Shown: positions 1-10,862 of the stretch, piece by piece
Numbering within the stretch: position 1 is the stretch's first letter
Layout: each line of letters opens with the position of its first letter
NCBI RefSeq assembly: GCF_900079115.1
Contig: NZ_LT549890.1
Location: 1,020,001-1,052,000, forward strand
Source of the DNA: Saccharolobus solfataricus
GTDB lineage: Archaea > Thermoproteota > Thermoprotei_A > Sulfolobales > Sulfolobaceae
Direction of reading: 5' to 3'
DNA: 32,000 bases
The notes under the pieces: generated by a model
Told to the model about the DNA's origin: nothing
What the model saw: only the letters and a program-made list of their open reading frames with translations
Database searches by the model: none
Program-made: the position numbers and the translations under genes

Positions 1-80
1 TTAAATTCGTAACTATCTCTGAAATAAAGTGAATTCAAGATGAATACTTGAATTGGCTGGACAACTCAAAAATTAGCTAA

Positions 81-527
81 TTAGAAACTTATCTTGCACT
101 TTCTAATAGTTCTACCAACAATAAAACTCCCATAAGGTAGTTGAAGTACAGCACCGTATTTCCTTATATCGTTACTCCACTTTTCTAATTCCTCGTAAAC
201 GTTAATTTCATCGTATGTAACACAAAATGCTATAGATACTCCCATTAAAACAGTTCCTAGAGTTAGATTATTCTTAAATTCTTTATTTGTCATTATAACA
301 GTATCCAGATAAATATTTGTATCTTTTACGAATCTCAATCTAGCATCGCTAAAATTCAATTCCTTTGCTTCGTCCTTTACAATAATTAATACATCCAAAT
401 CAGAGTCCTTCTTATATTTCCCCATAACTCTACTTCCAAAGAATACTATTGCAAGTACTCCTTCTCTTCTCAATAAAAAGGTGGCTTTTCTAAATAACTC
501 CATGTTTTCTAAGATAATTCTCTGCAA
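81..527 (-). CDS. Minimal nucleotidyltransferase (MNT, Pol-beta superfamily), partner of the adjacent HEPN gene
   Basis: 148-aa ORF with NTase signature FFGSRVMGKYKKDSDLDVLI (G-S ... D-x-D). Overlaps the 3' end of the HEPN ORF. The internal Met at 503 (MELFRK...) is a plausible true start, giving a 14-nt overlap. Confidence 0.8.
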   Translation of the reverse strand: MQRIILENMELFRKATFLLRREGVLAIVFFGSRVMGKYKKDSDLDVLIIVKDEAKELNFSDARLRFVKDTNIYLDTVIMTNKEFKNNLTLGTVLMGVSIAFCVTYDEINVYEELEKWSNDIRKYGAVLQLPYGSFIVGRTIRKCKISF

Positions 528-918
528 TTTCGATCACCTCATCAGAATACTTTATTCCTTCTTTACACATTTCCTCAGTTACAAACTCCTCTGGGGTAGT
601 TATATTATTTCCGTTAAAAAACGGGTATCTAGATATGTTCCATGCGCCAGAAAGATAGTCTAATGCGTTCAAGACTACATCTAATTCGTTTCCAAGATCT
701 TGTAAATTATTCGAAGCATCTGCTATAATGTCGTGTTCTTTCTTATATATCAATTTTACTTCTAACATCGCTTTCACGCTTTTTTCAACAGATTGTTGAG
801 AGTAAAAGAGACATTCAGGATAATCTTTAAGCTCTAAAGCTCTTTTAGCTCTAATATTATCTTTTTTTGCTATATTTAAGAAGGCCTTAGAATATTCTCT
901 AAACTTAGGTGGAATCAC
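490..918 (-). CDS. HEPN domain protein (MNT-associated)
   Basis: 142-aa all-helical ORF with an HEPN-like layout (..SVEKSVKAML..KKEHDI.. and ..ISRYPF..), immediately upstream of and overlapping an MNT gene. I do not see a clean R-x(4-6)-H nuclease motif. Confidence 0.7.
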   Translation of the reverse strand: MIPPKFREYSKAFLNIAKKDNIRAKRALELKDYPECLFYSQQSVEKSVKAMLEVKLIYKKEHDIIADASNNLQDLGNELDVVLNALDYLSGAWNISRYPFFNGNNITTPEEFVTEEMCKEGIKYSDEVIEIAENYLRKHGVI

Positions 919-1587
919 AAGTAACTTTCAAAGCAAAAGAATAAATCTTTTGAGAAGTCTTTTTATTTATACTATCAGATCTTAGTGCTAATCTCCCTTT
1001 TTATGCTTCACAGAAATTTAGCAGAAATGTCATTGTAAATTTTTATGCTATATCCTTTTTATTTCTAAAACGACTTTCTGAAAAAAGGCTATCTAAATTG
1101 TGTTTTCCTTACGTGTATTACGCAAGGAAGGTATTACTTTCAATTAAACTAAAAATCCAAAATGTCATGATTTCCACTGGAGTTTATGGGTCTTATCGTT
1201 TCTAGTAATACACTGTTCAGATAACTGGAGGTTAACTTGTCAAGTTGACCTAACTCTTTTCCAGAAGTGTTTTAGTTCCTAAAATCAACGATACAACGTG
1301 AAACCACGCTTAATACCCCATTCTGATTATTTCCTATGGATCTAGTAAAAATAGTAGTGATTGAGAGTAAAAATATGAATGTCACAAGGTTCTTTTCCTA
1401 TATACTTAAAACAAGAGAAAAGTAGAGAAATATTCTATTATACTCTCTTTTTCCTAAATTTTAATCTTAAACTTAAGGGAAGTAGAGTCTAGACTCACGT
1501 TAGGGTATGAAATTATCTCATCCTAATTTTTATTTGGCATAACGCTAATATGAAAAACATAAATAGTTAGAGTGTTAACTATTAATT

Positions 1588-3003
1588 ATGAACTCAAGCA
1601 ATCTAGCACTTCTAGTTCTAGTCTTTGGGACTTTGATGTCAGCAATAGATACCACAATAGTAATTTTGGCAATACCAACAATAACTGAAGACTTACATGC
1701 AGACCTATTCATTATGATCTGGGTAATCATTTTGTATTTACTAGTTATAGCAGTATTCACTACTCAGTTGGGAAGATTGGGCGACATATATGGAAGGGCG
1801 AAATTTTACAACTTAGGCTTTGCAATCTTTACCTTAGGTTCAGCGTTATGTGGGGCGTCTCCCAATGCGATTTATTTAGTAGTCTTTAGGGGTATTCAAG
1901 GTATTGGGGCAGCTATGATGCAAGCCAATGCAGGGGCAATAATAGCGGATATTTTTCCTCCAAATAGAAGAGGAAGGGCTTATGGATATACTGCAATAGG
2001 TTGGAATGCTGGAGCTACATTGGGTATAGTCCTAGGTGGATTTATTACTACCTTCGTTGGTTGGCGTTACATATTTTACATTAATGTACCGATAGGAATT
2101 ATCGCATTGATCTTAGGTTTAAGGTACATCAAAACCTTAGAAACTAGGAAAGTTAAATTGGATATTGCTGGAATGGGTACTCTATTAGTCGCATTGTCAT
2201 CCATGGTTTATGGCGCTGTCGATATTGCTGGATATGGGATTAGAGCTTTGAATATGGTCTTGATTTCCCTTGGTCTAGTAATTTTGCTAATATTCTTCTG
2301 GTTAGAGGGAAGACATGAATTCCCAATAATTGACTTAAGGGTCTTTAAGGGTAATAGAGTCTTCACGTTTTCATTGTTAGCGTCTTTCTTACAAAGTACT
2401 GGTTATTTAGCTACGGCGTTTATTATAATAATGTATTTACAAGGCATAAGAGCTCTGTCACCTCTTAATGCGTCCCTTCTTCTCGTTCCCGGTTATGTCT
2501 TAGCCAGTCTAGTAGCTCCATTTACTGGTAGATTATCTGATAAGATAGGTGCTAGAATGCCCGCTACTATAGGGTTAAGTTTAATGATAGTTGCTGTCTT
2601 AATTTACCTCACTCTCTCCCTGAATACCCCACTCTATATTGTAATATTGGCTTCTACAATTGGAGGCATAGGTTCTTCATTGTTTTTCCCTGCCAATAAC
2701 AGCGCGATCATGGCAAATGCTCCTAAGGGATTTTATGGTGGTGCGTCTGGACTAGCAAGGACATTAGCCAACTTAGGGAGTATAATCAGTTATACAATAG
2801 CAATTAGCGTATCATCTATCGTCATTCCTAGATATGTGGCATTTGAGGTTTTCCTAGGGACTTCAAACCTTATAGGTGGTGTGGCTTCTGCGTTTCTAAC
2901 AGGATTAAAGGCCGCATTTTACGTTTCCTTAGCTATCTTAGCAATAGCGTTAGTACTTTCTGCAATTAGAGGTAAGGAGGTTAGAACTCAAGTTTCAAAG
3001 TGA
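1588..3003 (+). CDS. MFS transporter, DHA2 (EmrB/QacA-like, ~14 TMS) drug:H+ antiporter family
   Basis: 471-aa highly hydrophobic ORF. The N-terminal [16 protein letters not shown] and GRLGDIYGR motifs are typical of DHA2 MFS. Length fits 14 TMS. Confidence 0.85.
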   Translation: MNSSNLALLVLVFGTLMSAIDTTIVILAIPTITEDLHADLFIMIWVIILYLLVIAVFTTQLGRLGDIYGRAKFYNLGFAIFTLGSALCGASPNAIYLVVFRGIQGIGAAMMQANAGAIIADIFPPNRRGRAYGYTAIGWNAGATLGIVLGGFITTFVGWRYIFYINVPIGIIALILGLRYIKTLETRKVKLDIAGMGTLLVALSSMVYGAVDIAGYGIRALNMVLISLGLVILLIFFWLEGRHEFPIIDLRVFKGNRVFTFSLLASFLQSTGYLATAFIIIMYLQGIRALSPLNASLLLVPGYVLASLVAPFTGRLSDKIGARMPATIGLSLMIVAVLIYLTLSLNTPLYIVILASTIGGIGSSLFFPANNSAIMANAPKGFYGGASGLARTLANLGSIISYTIAISVSSIVIPRYVAFEVFLGTSNLIGGVASAFLTGLKAAFYVSLAILAIALVLSAIRGKEVRTQVSK

Positions 3004-3016
3004 ACAATTGAGATGC

Positions 3017-3041
3017 TTTTTGATCTATTGAATATATTTTT
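3017..3041 (+). terminator. Possible archaeal oligo-T termination signals downstream of the MFS gene
   Basis: Two T5 runs (3017-3021 and 3037-3041) within 40 nt after the stop at 3003. Archaeal RNAP terminates at oligo-T tracts. Confidence 0.3.
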
Positions 3042-3273
3042 ACTATTAGACTACAATCATGTACTCGTTTCAATTCCTGTACGGATGTACAATTTAGCTT
3101 CGTGATAGCTCATTAATATTAGGTAAAATCCAATAAGTCCACAAAGTATGAACGCTAAAAATAGTTAATATGGAAACTTCATTAGTGCTTTCAGAAAGTT
3201 TATAGCTTTAGGCAAAGGATATACCACTAGATCATAGTCTAAGAACTTTTCCAAAATACTAATGTTAAAATTT

Positions 3274-4199
3274 TTATCTTCTCCTCAATACGCTAATTAC
3301 CGTTATTACAATAGTAGCTAGTATAATCACAATTATAACGTATAATAAAGGAGATACACTTTGTGACTCGCTTGGGGGCTTATAGTTTAAAGCCGTTATT
3401 ACAAACATTGCTGATGACCAAGTTAATGGTGACGTAGTAGGTAAAGGATATGCATATTTAGGATCTATAGCTTCTGGTAAAAGGCCATGTTGGGAGTGAT
3501 TATAAGCCCAATACATTAAGTTTAAAGCCTCATTGCTTTTACCTAATTCTTCTAGGTATAAGGCTTCAAAAAATGTGGTTATCATCCAAGGAGGTTCTGG
3601 GGCACTAGCATCGTAAAGCGATTGGGAGTAATGATACATATCATTAGGGAATCTTGCTAGCCCGCCAGTTAGGAAGAGCGTTCTGTTTACTAGTTTAAAG
3701 TTTGAAATGGAGTAATTGGAAGTGGGAGGAAGGTAACCAAAATCAATTGGTAATAACGTAGCGGAATCTACTGATGGGGGTTCTGGAGTCAATATTGACT
3801 CACTTTTCCCCCCTTCAAATATAACTGAAACTCCTAATGCTGAGGCAAAATAATCGTTATTCCAGAAATTCTTCAAAATGCTTTGATTTAATTCTTTCTC
3901 GTAGTTTAGAACTATAGTGTAATTGCTAAAGTTTAGTGCCTTATATATTTCAGCAACGCTTTGTAATCCAAGAACGTTAAAAGCTTCTGTCCAGAAGTGA
4001 TATGCGTCTCTATCCTCCCATACACTTAGATCTTGTGGAAGCAGATGGTAATTGGACTCAGTTATCTCTTTAATCTGATACTTCACACACTTATCTAATG
4101 TAGGTAATATTTGCTTAAGAAACGTCGCATTATCAGTAGTATTATAATATTCATTTACTCCAACTTCGTATAATCCTATTCCATCAAGCTCTGGTATTC
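3274..4199 (-). pseudogene. GH15 glucoamylase-like protein, C-terminal fragment (catalytic barrel part plus C-terminal TM anchor), separated from its N-terminal part by an IS
   Basis: The reading frame stays open upstream of the tracked ORF (3274..4086) up to the IS junction: ..IPELDGIGLYEVGVNEYYNTTDN... GH15-like segment GLLPEAIDP...PLTWSSAMFV. C-terminal hydrophobic anchor LLYVIIVIILATIVITVISVLRRR. Confidence 0.8.
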
Positions 4200-4223
4200 G
4201 GGCGGCTCAGGAGTCCATTGCGA
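4191..4223. repeat. Left target-site duplication (ctggtattc, 4191-4199) plus left terminal inverted repeat (gggcggctcaggagtccattgcga, 4200-4223) of the IS256-family element
   Basis: The exact reverse complement of the 24-nt TIR is at 5437-5460. The identical 9-nt direct repeat is at 5461-5469. Confidence 0.95.
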
Positions 4224-5460
4224 TTTCAATTTATTTCTATAGAATTAGATAAGAGAAATTGATTCCACATTTTGAGTAATACTAATAGGGGGCGAGCATG
4301 AGGTAATATCATGGAACTCTTAACTGTTAACGAGGTAGCCCTCTACGGCGTTAAGCTAAGGGAGCTCGTAGAGGGACCCGGACAGAGCTCGACCCTCACG
4401 CTCGTCCCCAAGATATTACCCGATGATGCCCTATTAAACAAATCGGTCCCGGAGATCGAGAGGATGGCCTTGGAGGAGGCGGAGAGGGTGAGCCCCAACT
4501 ACAGGAGGGGTAAGGAGGTGAAGAGGAAGGGTTACGCGAGGTACAGGTTCCTTAAGGGGTTTAGGATTGTGATGGTGGGAAGGGAGATGAGGTACGAGCT
4601 GGAGTGGATCTCGGTGAGGCTTCCCGTGCTTTACTGTGAGGGGAGAGTGAGGACGCAGGTTGAGGAGACTCTCCTGAGGGAGGAAAGGAAGGTATTCATG
4701 GCCTTGATGGCGGTCTACTCGGTGAAGGGTGGTAAGCTCAACGCAAAGATCTGGATGCCCGAGATTGAAATTGGCGGTGACTTCAGGTACGTTATAGTTG
4801 ACGGGAAGTACGTGAAGCTTAAGAGGCGAAAGGCTGTCCTCCTGGTGGCCATTGGCGTGACCCAGGAAGGAAGGAGGGCGGTACTCGAGGTCATCGTAAG
4901 CGAGGCTGAGGACACCATGGCCTATTGGAGTCTCCTGGTCAGGGTTTGGAAGAGGTCGAGCTTCGTCCTGGTCGTAGCCGACGGGATCCAGGCCTTGGAC
5001 AAGGCCATCTCCCTCGCCGAACTTCACGTGGGAAGGCAGGGCTGCCTGGTCCACCTCAAGCGCCGCGCGACCAAGGAGGAAAGGGAGGCTTTAGACGCGA
5101 TCACCTCGTCGGCCGAGCTCGGAGAGATCAAGCCCGAGACCAACCCAACCCTTCTAAGCTACCTCGTTGCGAGCAAGGAGCTCTGGAAATGGCTCAAGAC
5201 CAACAACCTGGTCGAGTCCTTCAACTCGCTCCTGGAGAGGAGGAGGTTCGGGTCGTTTCACAGTCCCTGGAGGATACTCCAGATCGCGCGGGCCATAGCC
5301 CTCTACTACAACCTATTGACCTATTTTCTCACTATTGTAATAATATTACAATCATCTTCATTCCTCCCAATTCCTCAGAAATATATCCAATAATTTATAC
5401 ATTGAATAAGTGTAATTAAGAGTCAGGAAATACAATTCGCAATGGACTCCTGAGCCGCCC
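4200..5460 (+). mobile_element. IS256-family insertion sequence, 1261 bp, G+C-rich transposase core
   Basis: Perfect 24-bp TIRs, 9-bp TSD, single mutator-type transposase ORF. It interrupts a GH15 ORF that is restored in frame when the element and one TSD copy are removed. Confidence 0.9.
4311..5393 (+). CDS. IS256/Mutator-type DDE transposase
   Basis: 360-aa ORF with family-typical segments VVADGIQALDKAI, QGCLVHLKR and TNNLVESFNSLLERRR. The last ~25 codons run into an AT-rich tail, so the C-terminus may be non-native. Confidence 0.85.
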   Translation: MELLTVNEVALYGVKLRELVEGPGQSSTLTLVPKILPDDALLNKSVPEIERMALEEAERVSPNYRRGKEVKRKGYARYRFLKGFRIVMVGREMRYELEWISVRLPVLYCEGRVRTQVEETLLREERKVFMALMAVYSVKGGKLNAKIWMPEIEIGGDFRYVIVDGKYVKLKRRKAVLLVAIGVTQEGRRAVLEVIVSEAEDTMAYWSLLVRVWKRSSFVLVVADGIQALDKAISLAELHVGRQGCLVHLKRRATKEEREALDAITSSAELGEIKPETNPTLLSYLVASKELWKWLKTNNLVESFNSLLERRRFGSFHSPWRILQIARAIALYYNLLTYFLTIVIILQSSSFLPIPQKYIQ

Positions 5461-5469
5461 CTGGTATTC
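5437..5469. repeat. Right TIR (5437-5460) plus right TSD copy (5461-5469) of the IS256-family element
   Basis: tcgcaatggactcctgagccgccc is the reverse complement of 4200-4223. It is followed by ctggtattc, identical to 4191-4199. Confidence 0.95.
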
Positions 5470-6400
5470 CAAATGTAGTATCAGGATTGCCATTATAGAA
5501 ATCATATCTAGTGTACCAAACTCCGGGTTGTAATTGCTCAGCATGACTCATCCATAGCCAAAACTTTAAAGCGGAGTCGTAATGTCCAGCCAATTGCAAG
5601 GCCATAGCACTAAAGGCCGAATCCCTCACCCAGGAAAACAGATAAATTGGTGATGGTGAAGCAGCGAATGTCCCTAAATATGGATTTTGGTCATCTTTAA
5701 TTAGTAGAAGTGAAAGATAGTATTCTTTCAATAAATCGTTTGGCAAGCTATTTGGTAACTTAGATGCGTTAAGCCATTTTTCTACTTCTATATCATTTAA
5801 TTCAAGTAACCCCGATATGTTAAAATTAGGTTTCTCTCCAATGCTCAACTCCAAGAACCATTCTCCTTTGTTAACGTTTATTTTTACGGTCTTGTTCTGA
5901 ATAAGGTAACTAGTATTCGTTAAAATGTAAATTTGGGGAGTAGTGTCTACACTAATAATAGAATTGTTTATTGATATGCTAGTATTAGTGGCAATATCAA
6001 TCGAGGTTGTTGAGTTCGCATTTAACAGAATAAGGATATATGGAGTTTTAGGTGGCATGATTATAGAGATATTTCCACTAGTGGAGGCTAGATTAATGGT
6101 ATTATTGAGATTCAAATAGGCTAAAGTCGTTATAACGTTAAAGCTCACGGTGAGGTTAACTATACCGTATTTTCCAATGTAAAAGTTTCTTATGGATGTA
6201 TTAAAGAGAGGAAATCCATTAAGTTGGGGATTCGGTACTGGTATTCCGGTTACTATCCAAATGGATTGGTTTTTCCAATTGTTTAATAGTAGATAAGATG
6301 GTGAATAATATTTCAGTGATGATGTAGCAGAAAATGTTAACAAGGGGTTTAGAAAGGATAAAAATATCAGAATTATAAAAATAATTTCTTCTCCTCTCAC
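5461..6400 (-). pseudogene. GH15 glucoamylase-like protein, N-terminal fragment (signal/TM, beta-rich N-domain, start of catalytic domain)
   Basis: GH15-like motif FSWVRDSAFSAMALQLAGHYDSALKFWLWM. The tracked ORF 5423..6400 ends by read-through into the IS TIR (..GIPGAAQESIANCIS). Its start overlaps the malK-like stop (6397-6400). Confidence 0.8.
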
Positions 6401-7499
6401 TTCTTGCTCACTTTCTCATATTGCTCAAGTAGATTTCTTTCGCTTGAAGCATCGAAGAGGACTACTTTGCTAGTATCAATGGATATTCGTACCTTTTCTC
6501 CCCTTTCTCGTCTAGACAATGATTTCTCTATAACTCTAATAGTAGTTTCTTCATTGATCTTTAAGTGAATTATACTATATGGTCCTAGATCCTCTACCAT
6601 TTCAACCTTTCCTTCTATTTCTCCACTATTACGTATCTCCATATCTTCTGGTCTAACTCCTACAAGAACTTTTTGACCATTTTTCACTAAATTTTTGTAC
6701 TCTTCTGGTAATCCTATTCTATAGCTATCTATTATTATGGAGTCGCCTTCTATTTCACCTCTTATAATGTTCATTGGGGGATTTCCTAAGAAGCTCCCTA
6801 CCCAAGCACTATTTGGTCTCTTGTAGATTTCCATCGGATCGCCATAAGCTTGTACTACACCATCGTGAAGTATTGCAACTTTTGTTGCTAAGCTTAGAGC
6901 TTCAACTTGATCGTGAGTAACGTATATTATTGTAGGCTTAAGATCACGTTGTAGTTGCTTGAGCTCTTCTCTAGCCACTACCCTAACTTGTGCGTCTAAA
7001 TTAGATAAAGGTTCGTCCATTAGGATTATATCAGCTCCTTTTACTAATGCCCTTGCAATAGCAACCCTTTGCATTTGCCCTCCGCTTAACTGGCTAGGTT
7101 TCCTCTCTAACAAATTGTCTATCCTTAGCATTCTAGCTACCTCTAACACCCTTTTCTTTATCTCATCTTTTGACAAGTGCATTACTTTTAGCGGGAACGC
7201 TATGTTATCATAAACTGACATAAAAGGGTATATTGCGTAGTTTTGAGGTACCATTGCTACTCTTCTATCTTTAGGAGGTAAATCGTCTACAACTTCACCT
7301 CTCAAATAGACATGTCCCTTATCTTGTCTTAATAATCCAGCTATAATCTTCAAAATTGTAGTTTTTCCTTCTCCAGATGGCCCTAAGATTACTACAAATT
7401 CTCCCTTTTCTATCTCTAAATTCAGTCCCCTAAGAACTTGCACTTTCCTTTTCTTCTCCTCATACTCCTTCCAAATATTCTCTAATTTAACGTAACTCA

Positions 7500-7503
<4 letters not shown>
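6397..7503 (-). CDS. malK: Sugar ABC transporter ATP-binding protein (MalK/MsmX-like, CUT1)
   Basis: Walker A GPSGEGKTT, signature LSGGQMQRVAIARAL, Walker B ILMDEPLSNLD, H-loop VTHDQ. C-terminal regulatory/TOBE-like extension. 4-nt overlaps with both neighbours. Confidence 0.9.
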
Positions 7504-8390
<887 letters not shown>

Positions 8391-8391
8391 C

Positions 8392-9285
8392 TCATGTAAA
8401 CGAATCTAAAATTCTCGTGTATTTGATAACTATTATTCCTAAAACTATTACGAAAATGGTTGATATTATGGACCAAGCAGCTGCTAGAGCGAAATTATTG
8501 TAGCTAAAGGCCTCTTGATAGGCATAAACTATAAATGTCTCAGTCGAGATCCCGGGACCTCCACCGGTTAGGACATAAATTGGATAAAAGTTATTCCAAG
8601 TAAACACGAAGCTAGTTATGAACACGAATGCAATAGTCCTCTTGAGAGAGGGTAATGTTATAGTTAAGAATTTTGTGAAAGCATTAGCTCCGTCTAAATC
8701 TGCTATGTCGTACAGTTCTCTAGGTATACTCTGTAATGCTGAGTAGAACACTGTCATAAAATATGGGAACGAAAGCCAATCATTAGTGGCTATTAGCTCT
8801 ATCCAAGCATCAGTAGTTGAAGTCAAAGAGTTCACTTTAGGTAAATGGAGTAATGGCAAGATTAGCCTATTCATCATCCCGTACGGATCTACCCATAAAC
8901 CTTGCCATATTAGAATAGATATAAAGCCCGGAAAAGCCCAAGGTAGTATTAATATAGCGTAAAAAATTGATCTTCCCTTAAGGTCTGTTTGGTTTAGAAT
9001 CAAGGCTAATACAAAACCTAACGACATCATCGTTAACAAACTACCTATAGTCCAGATTAACGTATTCTTTAACAGCTCCAAGAAATAGCCATATTGAAAT
9101 ATAATGAGATAATTCCTCAATCCAACATAACTGTAGGTTAAAAAGTGTAATAAGCTTAGATTAGTAAATGAAATATAAACTGAATAAAGTAATGGAAATA
9201 CGAAGAGGAAAACTGTTACTATGACTATGGGCAAAATATAAAAAAGGGAAAATAACTTTTCTTTTTTCATTTCTTGATTCACCAT
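8392..9285 (-). CDS. malF: Sugar ABC transporter permease (MalF-like)
   Basis: 297-aa polytopic ORF with EAA loop ELYDIADLDGANAFTKFLTITLPSLK. Overlaps the binding-protein gene by 7 nt. Confidence 0.85.
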   Translation of the reverse strand: MVNQEMKKEKLFSLFYILPIVIVTVFLFVFPLLYSVYISFTNLSLLHFLTYSYVGLRNYLIIFQYGYFLELLKNTLIWTIGSLLTMMSLGFVLALILNQTDLKGRSIFYAILILPWAFPGFISILIWQGLWVDPYGMMNRLILPLLHLPKVNSLTSTTDAWIELIATNDWLSFPYFMTVFYSALQSIPRELYDIADLDGANAFTKFLTITLPSLKRTIAFVFITSFVFTWNNFYPIYVLTGGGPGISTETFIVYAYQEAFSYNNFALAAAWSIISTIFVIVLGIIVIKYTRILDSFT

Positions 9286-10850
9286 CTTTTTCTAGGAGTA
9301 ATCACTACGACCATTGGCGTTAATATCACTGAGATTAGTAATAACATATACTGAGGAATTATGGGTAAAGGTGATAGTGAAGACATTAGGCCGTTTTGAA
9401 CAAGAGCTTGAATAAAAGCTTGTTCCATTCCTTGCGATGCTTGAGTCGCATTTACCTTATTAGCGAAGAACTCACTGGCATATTGATGGAATGAGTTCCA
9501 GTAGTACGCCATTTGGGGTATGTTGGGGAATTGTTGACCATATTGAGCTTGTTCTAAAATGCCTTCCATTATTTGATTAAGGTATGTTGGTTGTAACATT
9601 CCTTCCTTTAATTGGGTTAGAGCCTCATTATAGGCTTGCAAATTAGCTGGTATATCGTGTGCAACTTCCCATAATCTCAAATCAGCCTGATAGTTAGTGA
9701 AATATAGAACGAATAATAATGCTGCCTTTATCTGTAATGGTGTAGCACCGCTTGCTTGAGGTGAAGATACTAAAAAGCCAGTTGAACCTATAAATGGTGC
9801 AGCTCTTAATCCAGTTTGGCTAACTACCGGTAGCGGTGCAGCTCCTAAATTAGGTCCTAATGCTTGGAGATACGCATTTAAATCCCAAGGACCATCAAAT
9901 ATTATGGCAGTTTGATTGGCAACAAATAGCTGACCTTCAGCACCTCCAGCACCAGTAGAAGGAGCCAAGTAATTGACCTTAAGATTATAAGTTAAATTAT
10001 ACCAGAAGTTCAATGCGTTAACCATAGCAGTACTGTTTAAAGCAGGAACAATCTTGCCATTATTAGTAGTAAATATTTGTCCTCCAAATCCGGCAAACCA
10101 CGCTGCAAATCTATACCCATATTCATCACCAGCTCCATATGCTATTCCCCAGACATGATAAGTTTTGTTAACGCTTTCGGCTATTTGTACTAGCTGTTCA
10201 GTAGTGTTAGGAGGATACGGGACGAACTTCTTGTTATAGAACATAACAATATAGTTCACATTATCTGGTAGTCCATATAAGGAGCCGTTTAATTCCCAAT
10301 CTTTTATTGCAGTAGGTACGTATAGAGACGTTATACTCTGAGGCAAATATTGAGATAAGTTTAGTACTAGTCCAGCAGCGAATAACGCGCCTCCAGAATC
10401 ACTAGTATCCCTATATACTATCGGAGCTTGTCCAGCTTTTGCAGCAGTCTCGAATTGGGAAGTACCAACTCCAACTCCATATGTTACTTGAACGTGAATC
10501 CATGGAAATGCTTGCTCGAACTGAGCTAGTGTTTCATTAAACGCTTGATTTTCAGAGGTACTATAACTATTCCATACTGTTATTGTAACTGGTGTGGAAG
10601 GCGGAGTTGAGATACCAACCAACTGCATTAAAGCTTGAGGGTTACTAGTATTTAGAACACTTGAGGTTGTTGTACTACTTGTTGTAGATGTAAAAGAGGT
10701 AGTTGTTGATGATGGTGCAGCTGGTGAATGTTGGCTGCTTAAAAATGCATAAACACCTCCTATTGCTATCACAATCACTACAACTATTATAACCGCTACT
10801 AATGTCTTTGAAATCGCCTTATAATCTATCTTTTTCCCTTTTCTACCCAA
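9279..10850 (-). CDS. malE: Extracellular sugar-binding protein of a CUT1 ABC transporter (MalE-like), membrane anchored
   Basis: 523-aa ORF with an N-terminal hydrophobic segment, then a Ser/Thr-rich linker (SSTTTSFTSTTSSTTTSS), an SBP-like body and a C-terminal TM (LLLISVILTPMVVVITPRKRW). The apparent start is TTG (10850-10848), preceded by GGTGG. Confidence 0.8.
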   Translation of the reverse strand: MGRKGKKIDYKAISKTLVAVIIVVVIVIAIGGVYAFLSSQHSPAAPSSTTTSFTSTTSSTTTSSVLNTSNPQALMQLVGISTPPSTPVTITVWNSYSTSENQAFNETLAQFEQAFPWIHVQVTYGVGVGTSQFETAAKAGQAPIVYRDTSDSGGALFAAGLVLNLSQYLPQSITSLYVPTAIKDWELNGSLYGLPDNVNYIVMFYNKKFVPYPPNTTEQLVQIAESVNKTYHVWGIAYGAGDEYGYRFAAWFAGFGGQIFTTNNGKIVPALNSTAMVNALNFWYNLTYNLKVNYLAPSTGAGGAEGQLFVANQTAIIFDGPWDLNAYLQALGPNLGAAPLPVVSQTGLRAAPFIGSTGFLVSSPQASGATPLQIKAALLFVLYFTNYQADLRLWEVAHDIPANLQAYNEALTQLKEGMLQPTYLNQIMEGILEQAQYGQQFPNIPQMAYYWNSFHQYASEFFANKVNATQASQGMEQAFIQALVQNGLMSSLSPLPIIPQYMLLLISVILTPMVVVITPRKRW

Positions 10851-10857
10851 GGCGAAC

Positions 10858-10862
10858 CCACC
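10858..10862 (-). promoter_or_regulatory. Shine-Dalgarno-like GGTGG upstream of the TTG start of the binding-protein gene
   Basis: The minus strand reads aataaGGTGGgttcgccTTG, a spacing of 7 nt. Confidence 0.35.

Noticed and set aside
3004-3273. Small hydrophobic minus-strand frame (..LFLAFILCGLIGFYLILMSYHEAKLYIRTGIETST) in the convergent intergenic region
   Set aside because: There is no in-frame start before the hydrophobic segment, and the only ATG gives 18 aa. It is probably non-coding or a tiny gene remnant.
4200-4223. tRNA-like 5' sequence (gggcggctcagga...)
   Set aside because: It occurs as a perfect inverted pair bounding a transposase gene, so these are IS TIRs. No cloverleaf can be drawn.
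4434-5419. Three extra long ORFs inside the IS256-like element (4434..5054 minus, 4715..4918 minus, 4925..5419 plus)
   Set aside because: They overlap the transposase ORF in other frames. Their translations are low-complexity and Pro/Arg/Gly/His-rich. Long open frames are expected by chance in this G+C-rich, stop-poor segment.
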